Origin: Microgenomates group bacterium Gr01-1014_16
GTDB lineage: Bacteria > Patescibacteriota > Microgenomatia > CAZETR01 > Amesbacteraceae
DNA length: 64,000 nucleotides
NCBI GenBank assembly: GCA_007376345.1
Contig: VMGA01000001.1
Span: 61,747-125,746 of the forward strand
Reading direction: 5' to 3'
The notes beneath the pieces were generated by a model that made no database searches, had not been told where the DNA came from, and worked only from the letters and a program-made list of their open reading frames with translations. Numbering within the stretch: position 1 is the stretch's first letter; every line of letters begins with the position of its first letter. The position numbers were made by a program, and so were the translations under genes. Shown here one piece after another: positions 8,776-19,430 of the stretch.

Positions 8776-9889
8776 TGATGTAGCTAACCTGCGACTCTGT
8801 CAGATCAGAATGCATGGGGAGTAAAATGACGTCTTTGTCCGCTTTGGCTGTGTTTACTAAGTCTCGTCTTATTCCCCCAAACATCGGGTAGATATCATTT
8901 CGACGATTGTTAATATTTAGCATGATACCTTTTTGGTGTAAAGATTTTGCGAACGAAAGCCGGTTTTCGACGTGAACCGGAAATATTTGGTAGTTTGGCT
9001 TTCTGTCAGAGTAATATTTCATGAGTTTTAATCCCTTTAAATCCCCCAGTTCATTTCTATAGCGCTCTCCTATAAATTTCCTTTTGTCCTCCGCTTCATC
9101 AAAGTGATTTACCCCTGCTAAAGCCAAAGTGGCAACGATATCGTTCATATTATATTTAAAACCTAAAACTTCACCACGAAAATTTTTTGGAAATGGGTTG
9201 AGTAAGTTTGTTGTTTTTTCTTCTTTGTCTATACCATACCAAATTATTTTCTTAAGTTTCTTGTAATATCTCTTCTTTGACGTGGAAATTAATCCCCCAT
9301 CCCCGGAATTGATAATTTTTACCACTTGAAAGGAGAAACAAGCAAGATCACCTTTGGCGCCGATATAATTACCCTTATACATGCTCCCAAAAGCATGAGC
9401 TGCGTCTTCTATTATGGGTATTCTATGTTTTCTTCCAATTTTCCATATTTCAGCCATATCGCATGGATTCCCCCCGTAATGAACAACTATAATCGCCTTA
9501 GTTTTTGAAGTTATTTTTTTTTCGATGCTCTTTGGATCAATATTTAAGTCATCGTATTTAATATCTGCAAATACTGGTTTTGCACCCTGTTCAAGGATTG
9601 CCGTATTGGTTGCAATAAATGTAAATGGTGTAGATATAACTTCATCTCCTGGTCCAACTCCAAGCGTGGCCAGAGATGCCCTTAATGCGGCTGTACCATT
9701 ATTTACCGCAACACAGTATGGGAAACCCCACTTTTTGCATGCTGTCGCCCTTAGCTCTTTCTCTTTTTTGCCGGTATTAAGCCATCCTGATCGCAATGTT
9801 TTTGAAACCTCAGTAATGGCTTCTTCCGGAACATATGTAGACCATGTTCGTATTAATTCTCCGCCAAGTTCATAGTCTTTTTTTGCCAT
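8741..9889 (-). CDS. DegT/DnrJ/EryC1/StrS-family PLP-dependent sugar aminotransferase.
   Basis: CVAVNNGTAALRASL...IIEDAAHAFGS...DLACFSFQVVKII. This is the DegT-family architecture. Length is 382 aa. Confidence 0.8.
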   Translation of the reverse strand: MAKKDYELGGELIRTWSTYVPEEAITEVSKTLRSGWLNTGKKEKELRATACKKWGFPYCVAVNNGTAALRASLATLGVGPGDEVISTPFTFIATNTAILEQGAKPVFADIKYDDLNIDPKSIEKKITSKTKAIIVVHYGGNPCDMAEIWKIGRKHRIPIIEDAAHAFGSMYKGNYIGAKGDLACFSFQVVKIINSGDGGLISTSKKRYYKKLKKIIWYGIDKEEKTTNLLNPFPKNFRGEVLGFKYNMNDIVATLALAGVNHFDEAEDKRKFIGERYRNELGDLKGLKLMKYYSDRKPNYQIFPVHVENRLSFAKSLHQKGIMLNINNRRNDIYPMFGGIRRDLVNTAKADKDVILLPMHSDLTESQVSYIIENVAKFDRLH

Positions 9890-9898
9890 AAAAATGTA

Positions 9899-10681
9899 TT
9901 ATATACTACCGTTACTCCTGCTTAATAAATACTCACACAAGTACTCCTCGGAAGTTTTTAATGACGGATATAAACGTCTTAGTTTCTTGGTATCCATTTC
10001 GTATAACTGCCTCTTCGCGTCTGGCATGACCTGTATTTTCTTTTTAAAAATTTTTCTTGCGTTCAAAAAGGAGAAGGCTCCTTCTCCACCGACATTAAAG
10101 ACTTCATTTTTGACGGATTTATTCAGGAGTATTTCGATCACTTCGGCGATTGCAAAAGTGGTTATAAGTTGAAGTTTTGAGTTAAGAGTAATATAAAGCG
10201 GATTATCTTTAATAACATCATAGATTGGTCCTTTTTTTAATTTTTTCCCAAGTAGCATCGAAGATCGTAAAATAAGAAATTTTTCTTTATATTTCTTTAC
10301 AATGAGTTCGGCCAAATGCTTGTGAAATCCGTAAGCCTCTAACTTTTTTGGGTCAATTTGCACGCTTTCGTTGGTGTACTTAGGTCCAGTGTGATTCTCG
10401 TATACGTCGGGAGAGGAAATATAAATATAAACATCGCAAGGAAAATCAAAAATACTTTTGATTACGGAAACCGAGGAGGCGAGAAAATCTTCAACCGGGT
10501 TTTGGTTTGCCCAAAAACGCTTGCTATTCCCATTAGCGTTTATCACAATATCGAAAAACTTTCCAATTTGAGCCTGATAGTTATCTTTATTTATTGGCGT
10601 AACAAGAAATTTAGTTGAAAAATATTGAACTAAATCAGAACCCAACATCCCACTGCCGCCAATAACTGCTAATGTTTTCAT
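9899..10681 (-). CDS. Short NAD-dependent epimerase/dehydratase-family protein (SDR).
   Basis: An N-terminal AVIGGSGMLGSDLV Rossmann motif. The specific substrate cannot be assigned. Confidence 0.55.
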   Translation of the reverse strand: MKTLAVIGGSGMLGSDLVQYFSTKFLVTPINKDNYQAQIGKFFDIVINANGNSKRFWANQNPVEDFLASSVSVIKSIFDFPCDVYIYISSPDVYENHTGPKYTNESVQIDPKKLEAYGFHKHLAELIVKKYKEKFLILRSSMLLGKKLKKGPIYDVIKDNPLYITLNSKLQLITTFAIAEVIEILLNKSVKNEVFNVGGEGAFSFLNARKIFKKKIQVMPDAKRQLYEMDTKKLRRLYPSLKTSEEYLCEYLLSRSNGSI

Positions 10682-10684
10682 GGA

Positions 10685-11650
10685 TTAATATGAAATTGCT
10701 CGCTGATAATTATTATCAAACCATTGAGCTGTTTCTTTGATCCCTTTTTTCAACGGTGTCGGAGGTATCCAATTGAGAATTTTTTTCATTTTTTTAATTC
10801 CGAACAGTTTATGGAGCGCTCCATCCGGCTTACTAGTGTCGTATACCAGCTTGCCTTTGTAGCCTAGTACTTCCTTGATCGTTTCTGCAAGTTCGGATAC
10901 GGAAACGCCGACCCCAGTGGCAATGTTTAATGGATCCACGCTGTTATATATTGAAGCAGCCCTTAAAATAGCCTCTGCTCCGTCTTTCACATATAGCCAA
11001 TCTCTAATGGGTTTTCCTGTCCCCCAAACTTCGACAAAGGGTAACCTTTTTTTCTTAGCCTCATAAATTTTTCTGATAAGACCGGCTAAAGCCTTGCTTT
11101 GCTCGGGATTAAAATGTTCTCCCGGGCCATACATATTTGCCATGATAAGGTGAATAGAATTGAAATCATGCTGCCTTTTAAGGGCAAGTCCATACACCGT
11201 GGAGGCTTTCCTGGCAAACCCGTAGCTAAATATGCTATCATGCACCCACCCATTCCAATAATCCTCCTCATTCATTTCACCGCGCTCGACATACCCAGGA
11301 TAGGAACATCCTGCAACAATGTTGATGAATTTTTTGACGCCTGTTTGTTGGGAGGCATTCATTAAATGCAACCCCATGAGGAGATTATCCATAAGCAAGT
11401 CGGCCTGTTTACCCTCATGATATCCAATTCCACCCTGGTTTGCGGCGCAGTTGATCACTAAATCAGGTTTAGCTATGTTTAGATAGGAAAAACAGTCCTC
11501 ACGTTTTCTGAAATCAATCCCTTCTTTTGTTCTGGGAACAAGAATCTCGCACTTTACTTGTCGTAAGTGATTAACAATATGAGACCCAAAAAAACCGTTT
11601 CCTCCAGCTATAATGATTCTCTTTCCCTTGAAATAATTTAGATACTTCAT
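10685..11650 (-). CDS. GDP-L-fucose synthase-like enzyme (Fcl/GMER family 3,5-epimerase-4-reductase), paralog 1.
   Basis: NMYGPGEHFNPEQSKALAGLIRKIYEAK, VEVWGTGKPIRDWLYVKDGAEA and SKPDGALHKL align with the E. coli Fcl motifs [46 protein letters not shown] and SKPDGTPRKL. Confidence 0.7.
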   Translation of the reverse strand: MKYLNYFKGKRIIIAGGNGFFGSHIVNHLRQVKCEILVPRTKEGIDFRKREDCFSYLNIAKPDLVINCAANQGGIGYHEGKQADLLMDNLLMGLHLMNASQQTGVKKFINIVAGCSYPGYVERGEMNEEDYWNGWVHDSIFSYGFARKASTVYGLALKRQHDFNSIHLIMANMYGPGEHFNPEQSKALAGLIRKIYEAKKKRLPFVEVWGTGKPIRDWLYVKDGAEAILRAASIYNSVDPLNIATGVGVSVSELAETIKEVLGYKGKLVYDTSKPDGALHKLFGIKKMKKILNWIPPTPLKKGIKETAQWFDNNYQRAISY

Positions 11651-12630
11651 AAATTTTTTTTCTTCTTTTTTTTGTCTATTTCGTTTTTTATCCAGTCATA
11701 GTTTTTCTTAATACCGATCTTTAACGGAATCTTTGGTTCCCATTTGAGAAGTTTTCGAACTAATGTGTTATCAGAATTTCTACTTCTTACTCCTTGTGGT
11801 TTGGACAAGTCGTACCGTTTTTTTATGCTTTTTCCCGCAATTTCCGAAACAATATCAATAAATTCGTTTATTGAGACTGGGTGATCAGAGCCAATATTCA
11901 CTGGCTGATGAATTTCTGAGTGTGTAAGTCTGTAAATTCCTTGAAGACAGTCGTCTATATAACAATATGATCGCATTTGTTTACCATCACCCCAAACTTC
12001 AATCTCATCCCCATCCCTGGCTAAAGCGATTTTGCGACAAATTGCGGCGGGTGATTTTTCCCGTCCACCTTCATATGCCCCTAATGGACCATAGATATTG
12101 TGAAACCTGGCTACCCGGGTCTCTAATCCATAATCTTCATAATAATCAGCACAAAGTCTTTCGGCGAATAGTTTTTCCCAACCATACTCGCTGTCAGGAA
12201 GCGCAGGGTAAGCATAGCTTTCTTTAAGTCTTAAATTTTTTTCGGGTTCTTTAAAGTCCGGATAAACCAGAGCCGATGAAGGATAAAAAAATCTGTTCAC
12301 TTTGTTTTGTCGGGATGCTTCAAGCATGCTAGTATCAATTAAAATATTGTCGTTCATAAGCCGGGCCTTTACGCTGTCAATGAAACCAATACCACCCATG
12401 TTGGAGGCCAGATTGTATACTTGATCAACGTTTTTAGTAGCTTTTAAGGCGTTTCTTTTAAAACGAAGGTCTAGCAGTAAAAATTCATCCGCTGCTGTCT
12501 TTTCAAACTCGGGATATTTAATATCAACGCCTCTTACCCAATAATCCTTTTTTTTTAGAAACTTTACGAGATGATGTCCTATAAAACCTCCAGCCCCGGT
12601 AACCACAGCCCGTATCTTTCTTTTTTTCAT
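11647..12630 (-). CDS. GDP-mannose 3,5-epimerase-like SDR (GME family).
   Basis: RFHNIYGPLGAYEGGREKSPAAICRKIA closely matches the GME signature RFHNIYGPFGTWKGGREKAPAAFCRK. The N-terminus has the VTGAGGFIGHHLV Rossmann motif. Confidence 0.6.
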   Translation of the reverse strand: MKKRKIRAVVTGAGGFIGHHLVKFLKKKDYWVRGVDIKYPEFEKTAADEFLLLDLRFKRNALKATKNVDQVYNLASNMGGIGFIDSVKARLMNDNILIDTSMLEASRQNKVNRFFYPSSALVYPDFKEPEKNLRLKESYAYPALPDSEYGWEKLFAERLCADYYEDYGLETRVARFHNIYGPLGAYEGGREKSPAAICRKIALARDGDEIEVWGDGKQMRSYCYIDDCLQGIYRLTHSEIHQPVNIGSDHPVSINEFIDIVSEIAGKSIKKRYDLSKPQGVRSRNSDNTLVRKLLKWEPKIPLKIGIKKNYDWIKNEIDKKKKKKNL

Positions 12631-13721
12631 TGCTTTGGATTATATGCTAAGACTATTTGGTCTGCATTGTGATCGCCATATCTCTTGAGTGCATAAGCCC
12701 GCGCCTTTTTTGACAGCTTTAATAAATCATTTGAAGATTCATAATAATGGTTAATTGTCTTGGCAACGTTTTGGGGAGTAATGGTAATAAGTTTGCCAAT
12801 GGTGTTGTTCATAGCCTCTGGAACTGCTCCACGATTGGCGGCAATTACCGGAGTGCCGCAGGCCAGCGATTCGATAATGACTCTACCGAAGCCTTCATCA
12901 TGGGTGCTGGGGACGATTGTGAGATCGGCGGCAGAATAGTATAGGGGAAGCATGTCTTGAGAAATACGGCCGATATAATATTTTTTTACTTGGGCTTCGA
13001 GGGGACCTGAACCTGCTATTTTGAGACTAATTCCGGGTTTAAATTTTTTGGCCGCCTCAAGTAATTCAGGAATGCCTTTTTCAGGGACCAGCCTGCCCAC
13101 AAATAGAACGATGAACTGGCCCTCCCACCCTAACTTGGCTTTGGCGCGAGGAATGGGTTTAAACTTTTGCAAATTCACCCAATATGTAAACCGTCCAACC
13201 TTTTTTACGCCTAAGCTAACTAACTCTTTTATTGACTGATTGGACAAACATAAGTTGTAGCTGGCTGCACTAAAAATCCACTTTGCTATTGTTCGATAAA
13301 AGCCTTGTTTAGGAAAGTTGTATATTGAGTGGGTAGAAATAACGGTTCGGATACCAAATATCCGGCCCCAAAAGCTGGCCGCGAAACCAGCGCTTAAGCC
13401 GTGGGCATGGATTACGTTTGGCCGGAAGAAAAGTAGTACAAAAGGCAAGGCAATAAATAATCCGGGAACCAGATAAAGAAATTCTCCGGCCGGTATTTGC
13501 GATAATTTGTTAAACCAGCCGGGTAACCAGGGCAACCGTAATGTTTGTAAGCCCGGTCTAGTCTCCCATACTTTCCAGTCGGTTTTTACAGATAACGGCC
13601 TGTAGGTAAGGACGAAGACTTGATGTTTTTTGTGAATCAGCCCCGAGACAAGGTCGTCCAAATGAGTCTCGACACCGCCGAGATTGGGCGAAAAATGGAC
13701 GCTAAGTTGAAGAATTTTCAT
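12627..13721 (-). CDS. GT4-family glycosyltransferase.
   Basis: N-terminal stretch: MKILQLSVHFSPNLGGVETHLDDL. C-terminal stretch: EGFGRVIIESLACGTPVIAANRGAVPE, the GT4 EX7E region. Confidence 0.75.
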   Translation of the reverse strand: MKILQLSVHFSPNLGGVETHLDDLVSGLIHKKHQVFVLTYRPLSVKTDWKVWETRPGLQTLRLPWLPGWFNKLSQIPAGEFLYLVPGLFIALPFVLLFFRPNVIHAHGLSAGFAASFWGRIFGIRTVISTHSIYNFPKQGFYRTIAKWIFSAASYNLCLSNQSIKELVSLGVKKVGRFTYWVNLQKFKPIPRAKAKLGWEGQFIVLFVGRLVPEKGIPELLEAAKKFKPGISLKIAGSGPLEAQVKKYYIGRISQDMLPLYYSAADLTIVPSTHDEGFGRVIIESLACGTPVIAANRGAVPEAMNNTIGKLITITPQNVAKTINHYYESSNDLLKLSKKARAYALKRYGDHNADQIVLAYNPKQ

Positions 13722-14551
13722 GCCTGCTTAATTTTTCCGACTAAGTATCCTAATCCGCCAAAAAGTTGTTCTAATGTTAATACTATAAACATTCCTGCTG
13801 TGAGCGCCGGGCTGCTGACTAATCGTCGCCAGTTTTTGTAAAAAATAGGCCGCAAAAAATAGATAGTCTTGGGGCCAACTATGGGAAGGCGGTGCTTTTT
13901 AAAATAACGGTGCGAAGAAAGGCCGTAATAATATTTTTTTTTGATAAGTTTTGAAAGCGAGGGGATTCTTTCGTAATGGTTTATGCGGGATGAAACGCGG
14001 CCGATTTGATATCCCATTTTAACGATAGTCTCCGGCAGATCCCAGTCTTCCGGACCGGTAATTGTCTCGTCGTATCCACCCGCTTTTTCGAACAGCTTCT
14101 TTGAAAAAAATCTAGCTGCATCGGTATCCGGGTCTCCAAAGTCGCTGTAAAACGATCTTTCGAAGGCTTTGACTTTTTCCCAATAGTTAACAGCTACCGG
14201 CTGTTCCGGAATAGCAATAGCCCCAATCGCAGAATTGGCAGTAATAAGGTTGACGCAGTCCGTTATCGCCGATGGTGTTGCTTGCATGTCCGCGTCTAAA
14301 AACAGCAGGTATTCTCCTTTTGATTTTTTGGCGCCGAAATTGCGCTGAACGCTTCTTTCGGCGTGGGATCGCAAATATACAAATTTTGTGAATTTCCTGG
14401 CTATTTCTGCCGTAGCATCTGTTGAGCCATCGTCTACTACTATAACCTCACAACTAGGATAGGTTTGATTTTTGATAGCCTGGAGATTTTTGGCTATAAC
14501 TTGAGCTTCGTTTCGGGTGGGAATAATGACCGACACTAAAGGAACCGGCAT
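13718..14551 (-). CDS. GT2-family glycosyltransferase.
   Basis: VSVIIPTRNEAQVI...EVIVVDDGSTDAT...LFLDADM carries the DXD signature. Confidence 0.75.
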   Translation of the reverse strand: MPVPLVSVIIPTRNEAQVIAKNLQAIKNQTYPSCEVIVVDDGSTDATAEIARKFTKFVYLRSHAERSVQRNFGAKKSKGEYLLFLDADMQATPSAITDCVNLITANSAIGAIAIPEQPVAVNYWEKVKAFERSFYSDFGDPDTDAARFFSKKLFEKAGGYDETITGPEDWDLPETIVKMGYQIGRVSSRINHYERIPSLSKLIKKKYYYGLSSHRYFKKHRLPIVGPKTIYFLRPIFYKNWRRLVSSPALTAGMFIVLTLEQLFGGLGYLVGKIKQA

Positions 14552-14579
14552 ATTTGGATTATATTATAATCGGAGTTGT

Positions 14580-16340
14580 ATGTTTAAGAAGTGGTTTTGG
14601 GGTGTGGGAATTATTTTAATACTGGGCATTGGATATTTGACTTTGCGTCCAAGTTTCAACCTGGCACTCACCGGAGACGATTATTTGGGACTATGGAGAT
14701 ACAACTATTATCTTAAAGGCCTGGGTAGAGGTCTGGGGGGCGAAAAAATGAATAACGTATCATATTTTTTCACTGATTACGGCCCGATGGATACTCTTAC
14801 TGCCGTAATCTATAACTTCTTTGGGTTCAGACACCAACTCTATTACATAATTTGCTTCATATTGCGAGTAATTGCCTCACTATCTTTTCTGTGGCCGGTA
14901 TATAAACTGACCAGAAATAGGTGGGCGAGTTTGGGAGTCGCGGGATTTTTTCTGATAACCACCACGGGGCTGGAAGCTACTGACTGGTCGTTTAATATGC
15001 CCTCTTACTTGGCAATCGCAATTTTGAATAGTTGGATAGGGTATTTTCTTATCACTAAAACCTCCAATCATTTGTTGTTTTGGAGCTTGGCGGCGGTTTT
15101 GTTTGTAGCCGCAATTATTGTCCAACCCATCCGGATGGTGTTTTTACCTGTTTTCGTAATTGGGTTGGAAATTTATTGGCTGCTCTTTAACTTCAATTTA
15201 AGAAGGTTTGTAAAGGCTTTCCTGCGGATCGGAATGTATATCGCTCTCACAGCAATGATATTTAAATACACACAAATAGGAGGAGCTGTCAGTGGTAGGG
15301 GTTCCGATACAATCATTAAAAACTATGGACAAGTGATCAAATACATCCAGGAAAAAAACTTCAGAATACTGTTAACTCCCGTTAGTCAAGTAGGAATCAT
15401 GGTCTTGCCCAATAATTTTATGTACCAGAGACTGGAGGTGTGGGGATTTCCCAGAACTTTCAGAAGAGTGGTAATCCCCTCTTATTTTGGCCTGGTGCTG
15501 GGACTAATCATATTAAAAATCAATAAATGGGGATTAATTGGCAGTTTGATTTTAGGAGCTGGTTGGGCTGGTTATGTTTGGCGAGAATATATGACGCTGG
15601 GAGGCAATTCTTTGCAACCTTTTGAATTGCTAACTTACCTGATAGGAGGTTACTTTTTAATAGCGATGACGCTGTGGTGGTGGAGACTGAAGGGAGAAAG
15701 CCACTTGCAATTGAGTTTGGTGATTGGCTTAATGCTGATGCTCGGTGGTTTTATGGTGGCATGGCTGAGAAACACTGGTGCCGTGTTTGAGATTACTTCG
15801 CGTTATTTAATCGTGCCAGGAGCCGGTCTGGCTTGGCTTATGGCTGTTCCGTTGGCTGTCCAAAAACGCAAATGGGTGTTTGTTTCGTTGTTTGGACTGT
15901 TGTTTAGCTTGCATGCCAGAACCAGCTATAGTTATTTGTTTCATTTATCTGAAGTAAGGGGGATTGAATTGACTGACAGGTTGAGAAATTCCGTAAAAGG
16001 CTCCAAGGATTTTGGTGATCCCAAAATACCCATTGTTTATTATTTTGAGGGAGATAACCCGGAAATTTTGCATCACGCATTTATCTTTGGCTGGCCGGTG
16101 ATTTCCACATTTCAATTTAATTTTTCCGGCCCATGGTATACAGTCGCACCAACAGATAAATGGGAAGAGGTTGTGTCCGCCTACGTGGATGGCAAATCCT
16201 TAAAGAGGTTTATGCCCGACCCGATGACTACAGTTAAAATGGATAATGTTTTTGCTTACAGACTGGAAAACAGGCAGTTGATCGATGTGACCGAGGAGAA
16301 GCGCGGAATATTGAAGAAACTTAAAAAAGGACTTCGATAA
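14580..16340 (+). CDS. Polytopic integral membrane protein, about 587 aa. Possibly a GT-C-like glycosyltransferase.
   Basis: At least 10 hydrophobic helices. The start is taken at the ATG at 14580 (MFKKWFWGVGIILILG), which is preceded by GGAG. The track ORF begins 63 nt earlier. A TATTATAAT -10-like box lies at about 14560. Confidence 0.5.
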   Translation: MFKKWFWGVGIILILGIGYLTLRPSFNLALTGDDYLGLWRYNYYLKGLGRGLGGEKMNNVSYFFTDYGPMDTLTAVIYNFFGFRHQLYYIICFILRVIASLSFLWPVYKLTRNRWASLGVAGFFLITTTGLEATDWSFNMPSYLAIAILNSWIGYFLITKTSNHLLFWSLAAVLFVAAIIVQPIRMVFLPVFVIGLEIYWLLFNFNLRRFVKAFLRIGMYIALTAMIFKYTQIGGAVSGRGSDTIIKNYGQVIKYIQEKNFRILLTPVSQVGIMVLPNNFMYQRLEVWGFPRTFRRVVIPSYFGLVLGLIILKINKWGLIGSLILGAGWAGYVWREYMTLGGNSLQPFELLTYLIGGYFLIAMTLWWWRLKGESHLQLSLVIGLMLMLGGFMVAWLRNTGAVFEITSRYLIVPGAGLAWLMAVPLAVQKRKWVFVSLFGLLFSLHARTSYSYLFHLSEVRGIELTDRLRNSVKGSKDFGDPKIPIVYYFEGDNPEILHHAFIFGWPVISTFQFNFSGPWYTVAPTDKWEEVVSAYVDGKSLKRFMPDPMTTVKMDNVFAYRLENRQLIDVTEEKRGILKKLKKGLR

Positions 16341-17100
16341 CTTTTTTAGAATCTTTCTTACTCTCTTTTACTAATTGACTAGCTTTTAGCAATTCGTTGT
16401 AGTCATTAATGTTGATGTTATTCCCGTTTATAAGAAAGCCGAAGGCCCTGTTTATCTTCGCCAGATGGTTGATCGTGTAGGTTATTTCTCTCTCTTTACG
16501 GATCGGGTGGATGGGAGTTTTTCTGATGTGATTAAAGATATCCGGATGGAAGAGATAGACTCCACAACCCCTCAACATATACGGAGGGTCTTCTGGTTTC
16601 TCGATGATTTCAATTATCCTGCCGTTTTTGGAAAGTTTGACAGAGCAAGTATGCCGTAAAACACTGATATCGTCTTCTTTGACTACGCCCTCCATAACAA
16701 TGGCATTTGTCTTGAAAAACTCCTGGATCATTCGCTCGAGTGATTGGGTTACGGTGCAGTCGTCCCCATACATAACGACGAAGGGCTGTTTTTTTATATA
16801 TTTTTCGGTTAGAAGCATGGCTTCCCCGGTGCCGTTGAGGGTTTTTTGTTCAACAAAATAAATATTCGCCCGAAGATCCATTTGAATAAACTTGAAATAC
16901 TCTATTATTTTTTCTTTGAAGACGTTAACAATAATATAAATGTCTTCGATGCCTATGCTTTGCATTTGGTCGACCACGTAATGAATTATGGGCCGATCGT
17001 ACAGGGGAAAAAGGGCTTTAGGGAGCAAACTCGACAGATACCCTAGCCTGCTGCCTGAACCGGCAGCGGGAATGACGCCGATCTTAATTTTATTTTGCAT
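16321..17100 (-). CDS. Sugar-1-phosphate nucleotidylyltransferase (RmlA/GlmU-N-like NTP_transferase).
   Basis: IGVIPAAGSGSRL, a G-x-G-t-R-L-like motif at the N-terminus. Length is 259 aa. Confidence 0.7.
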   Translation of the reverse strand: MQNKIKIGVIPAAGSGSRLGYLSSLLPKALFPLYDRPIIHYVVDQMQSIGIEDIYIIVNVFKEKIIEYFKFIQMDLRANIYFVEQKTLNGTGEAMLLTEKYIKKQPFVVMYGDDCTVTQSLERMIQEFFKTNAIVMEGVVKEDDISVLRHTCSVKLSKNGRIIEIIEKPEDPPYMLRGCGVYLFHPDIFNHIRKTPIHPIRKEREITYTINHLAKINRAFGFLINGNNININDYNELLKASQLVKESKKDSKKVIEVLF

Positions 17101-18130
17101 CTCTGATTTCGAAGAGGTTTTTGTTTTTTTTGACCCAATCGACTAGTTCACGCACTCCTTTTTCGGGGGTTACTCTGGCAGACCAACCCAAATTCTTTTT
17201 GGCTTTGTCTGTATTACAAACGAAATACACCAGATCGCCCATGCGGGATGGTTGGTATTTGATCTGGGATTTTTTTCCCAATATTTTTTCGATCAAATGG
17301 ATGCACTCGATTAGCGAAAGAATTGTTTTGGTTCCGCCGCCGATGTTATAACACCCTGGTTTTTGTTTTTTATAAAAGGCGTCGAAGGCTCTGACTAAAT
17401 CTGAAACGTGAAGAATGTCGCGAACTTGCTTTCCGGTACCGAAGATTGTCAACGGATAGCTCATCACAGATCGGATGGCAAAGTTGGCTACCCAACCATG
17501 ATCTTCACCACCAAACTGGCGCGAACCGTAAAGGCCGGTTAGCCTAAATGAGGCCAAGGGAAGCTTGTAGGTATCGACGTATGTTTGAGTGTACAAATCC
17601 AGGGTGTGTTTGGAAGCATGGAGTGGGGTAAGAAGGCCTTCGACCAGTCGGTGCGTTTCGTCTATTTCGGCGGGTTTTCTGATGTAGCGGGTTTTACCTT
17701 CTTTTACTTCTTCATTAATTTTATTTCCGTAAATGTGAATGGTGGAACAAGAAACAGTCGGGATTTTATATTTTCGAGCCATTTCTAAAACGTTAAATGT
17801 GCCAACGACATTGGTCGTAAAGTCTAGTTCCGGATCTTCCCAGGAAATGGTCATGGCTGGCTGGGCGGCGGTGTGAATTATAAAATCAGATTTTTTGGCG
17901 TATGACTCCAGGGCCTCTTTGTCACGGACGTCTTCTTTGACAATATCAACTTTAATTTTTTTTAAGTAATCGACATTATGGAAACGGGCTTTTTCGGTAG
18001 AGTAACCGGTGCGGCGTAATTCAAACTTAGTCAAGTTATCGTAGGCAGTGACTTTGGCACCCTGCTTTTTGTAGTATTCACAAACATGGCTCCCAGCAAA
18101 CCCGCACCCACCCGTTACTAAAACTTTCAT
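17090..18130 (-). CDS. NAD-dependent nucleotide-sugar epimerase/dehydratase (extended SDR; CDP-paratose-2-epimerase/UDP-Glc-4-epimerase-like).
   Basis: MKVLVTGGCGFAGSHV Rossmann motif. A YxxxK stretch (SKHTLDLY). The start is chosen at the internal Met; the track ORF extends a further 22 codons upstream. Confidence 0.7.
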   Translation of the reverse strand: MKVLVTGGCGFAGSHVCEYYKKQGAKVTAYDNLTKFELRRTGYSTEKARFHNVDYLKKIKVDIVKEDVRDKEALESYAKKSDFIIHTAAQPAMTISWEDPELDFTTNVVGTFNVLEMARKYKIPTVSCSTIHIYGNKINEEVKEGKTRYIRKPAEIDETHRLVEGLLTPLHASKHTLDLYTQTYVDTYKLPLASFRLTGLYGSRQFGGEDHGWVANFAIRSVMSYPLTIFGTGKQVRDILHVSDLVRAFDAFYKKQKPGCYNIGGGTKTILSLIECIHLIEKILGKKSQIKYQPSRMGDLVYFVCNTDKAKKNLGWSARVTPEKGVRELVDWVKKNKNLFEIRDAK

Positions 18131-18155
18131 GGCAGATAATTTATAACACTGTTTT

Positions 18156-18560
18156 TTAAGATGTAAAGGGGGTCTGTGATTTTTTAAACACTCCAAATTT
18201 CATACCCAGATAATTCATTGAAGTGGAGGTGCAGATGGCGGTAAACCAAGCGAGGACTTTAATTTGGGTCAAATTTAAAACAACTTGGTTTGCTAAGTTG
18301 TTGGCTATCAAAGAACTAGCATAAAGAATAATGAATGGTAATATTTGGTGTCGGGGATGATGATTTTGTGCTTGAAACACAAAAGACCGGTGGCCCACAA
18401 ATGAAACAGTGGCGCCGCTGATATACGAGATGGCTTTGGATAGGGGAATTGGAATAATGGGTGCAATAAAAAGTAGACCAAAATAAACTACAAAGTCTAC
18501 GCCAACTGCTAACGCTCCCACAAATACAAACCTGATAATTTGGTTTAATGTTTGAACCAC
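18156..18560 (-). CDS. GtrA-family small membrane protein (polysaccharide-synthesis / lipid-linked sugar translocation accessory protein).
   Basis: 134 aa with four predicted TM helices. IRFVFVGALAVGVDFVVYF...NNLANQVV...KFGVFKK matches GtrA-like (PF04138) topology and motifs. Confidence 0.65.
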   Translation of the reverse strand: MVQTLNQIIRFVFVGALAVGVDFVVYFGLLFIAPIIPIPLSKAISYISGATVSFVGHRSFVFQAQNHHPRHQILPFIILYASSLIANNLANQVVLNLTQIKVLAWFTAICTSTSMNYLGMKFGVFKKSQTPFTS

Positions 18561-18584
18561 AGTTAATTATATTATAATTAGAGG

Positions 18585-19430
18585 GTGAATACTTTTGTTT
18601 GGACTGTGGGGCATTTTCTGTATGAGAACAATTTTATAAGGAGAGTTATTTCGCCGGTTGTGAACTTGTTTAAGCCTGATTTTGTAATGGTGGGGAACAA
18701 CAAAATGTTCATAGATAAAAATGACAGAGTGGTGTCGTTGGCTTTAATATTAAATGGAGTATGGGAAGAATTCGAAACAGAGGTGTTTAAAAAAAATCTT
18801 AAAAGGGGAGACGTGGTGCTCGATATTGGAGCAAATATTGGCTATCACACGCTGATCGCAGCAGAAATTGTGGGCAACAATGGGCATGTATATGCGTTTG
18901 AACCCGACTCAAAGAACTTTGGTGTTTTGAAAAGAAACGTAGAGGTGAATGGATATAAAAATGTGATATTGGTAAATAAAGCATTGTCTGATAAAAACGG
19001 AGTTGGAAAGTTGTTTTTAAGCACAGAAGATAACCATGGGGACTTTAGGATTTTTGGTTCTAATGACGATAGAAAATCGGTCGATATTGAGTTGGTTAGG
19101 CTAGATTCTTTTTTTGGCAATCACATTCCAAAAATAAATGTGATTAAAATTGACGTTCAGGGGGCTGAAGCTTTGATTTTTAAGGGAGCTTCTAAGACGC
19201 TTAAGGCCATTAAAAAAATTAAAGTCTTTACGGAGTTCTGGCCTAAAGCGCTTCGCTTAAGCGGCAGTTCAGCCGAAGAATATTCGCATATTTTGATGAA
19301 AAATAGGTTTAAAATATATGAAATTGACTCATCAGAAAAACGAATGGCTGAAGTGTCGTTCCAAAAACTATTTGAAAAATATCCCGAGGATAGTCTTTAT
19401 AACGCGGATTTGTTTTGTGTAAAAAAATGA
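18585..19430 (+). CDS. FkbM-family methyltransferase (second copy).
   Basis: VLDIGANIGYHTL...AFEPDSKNFGVLKRNVEVNG...KIDVQGAEALIF. Confidence 0.7.
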   Translation: MNTFVWTVGHFLYENNFIRRVISPVVNLFKPDFVMVGNNKMFIDKNDRVVSLALILNGVWEEFETEVFKKNLKRGDVVLDIGANIGYHTLIAAEIVGNNGHVYAFEPDSKNFGVLKRNVEVNGYKNVILVNKALSDKNGVGKLFLSTEDNHGDFRIFGSNDDRKSVDIELVRLDSFFGNHIPKINVIKIDVQGAEALIFKGASKTLKAIKKIKVFTEFWPKALRLSGSSAEEYSHILMKNRFKIYEIDSSEKRMAEVSFQKLFEKYPEDSLYNADLFCVKK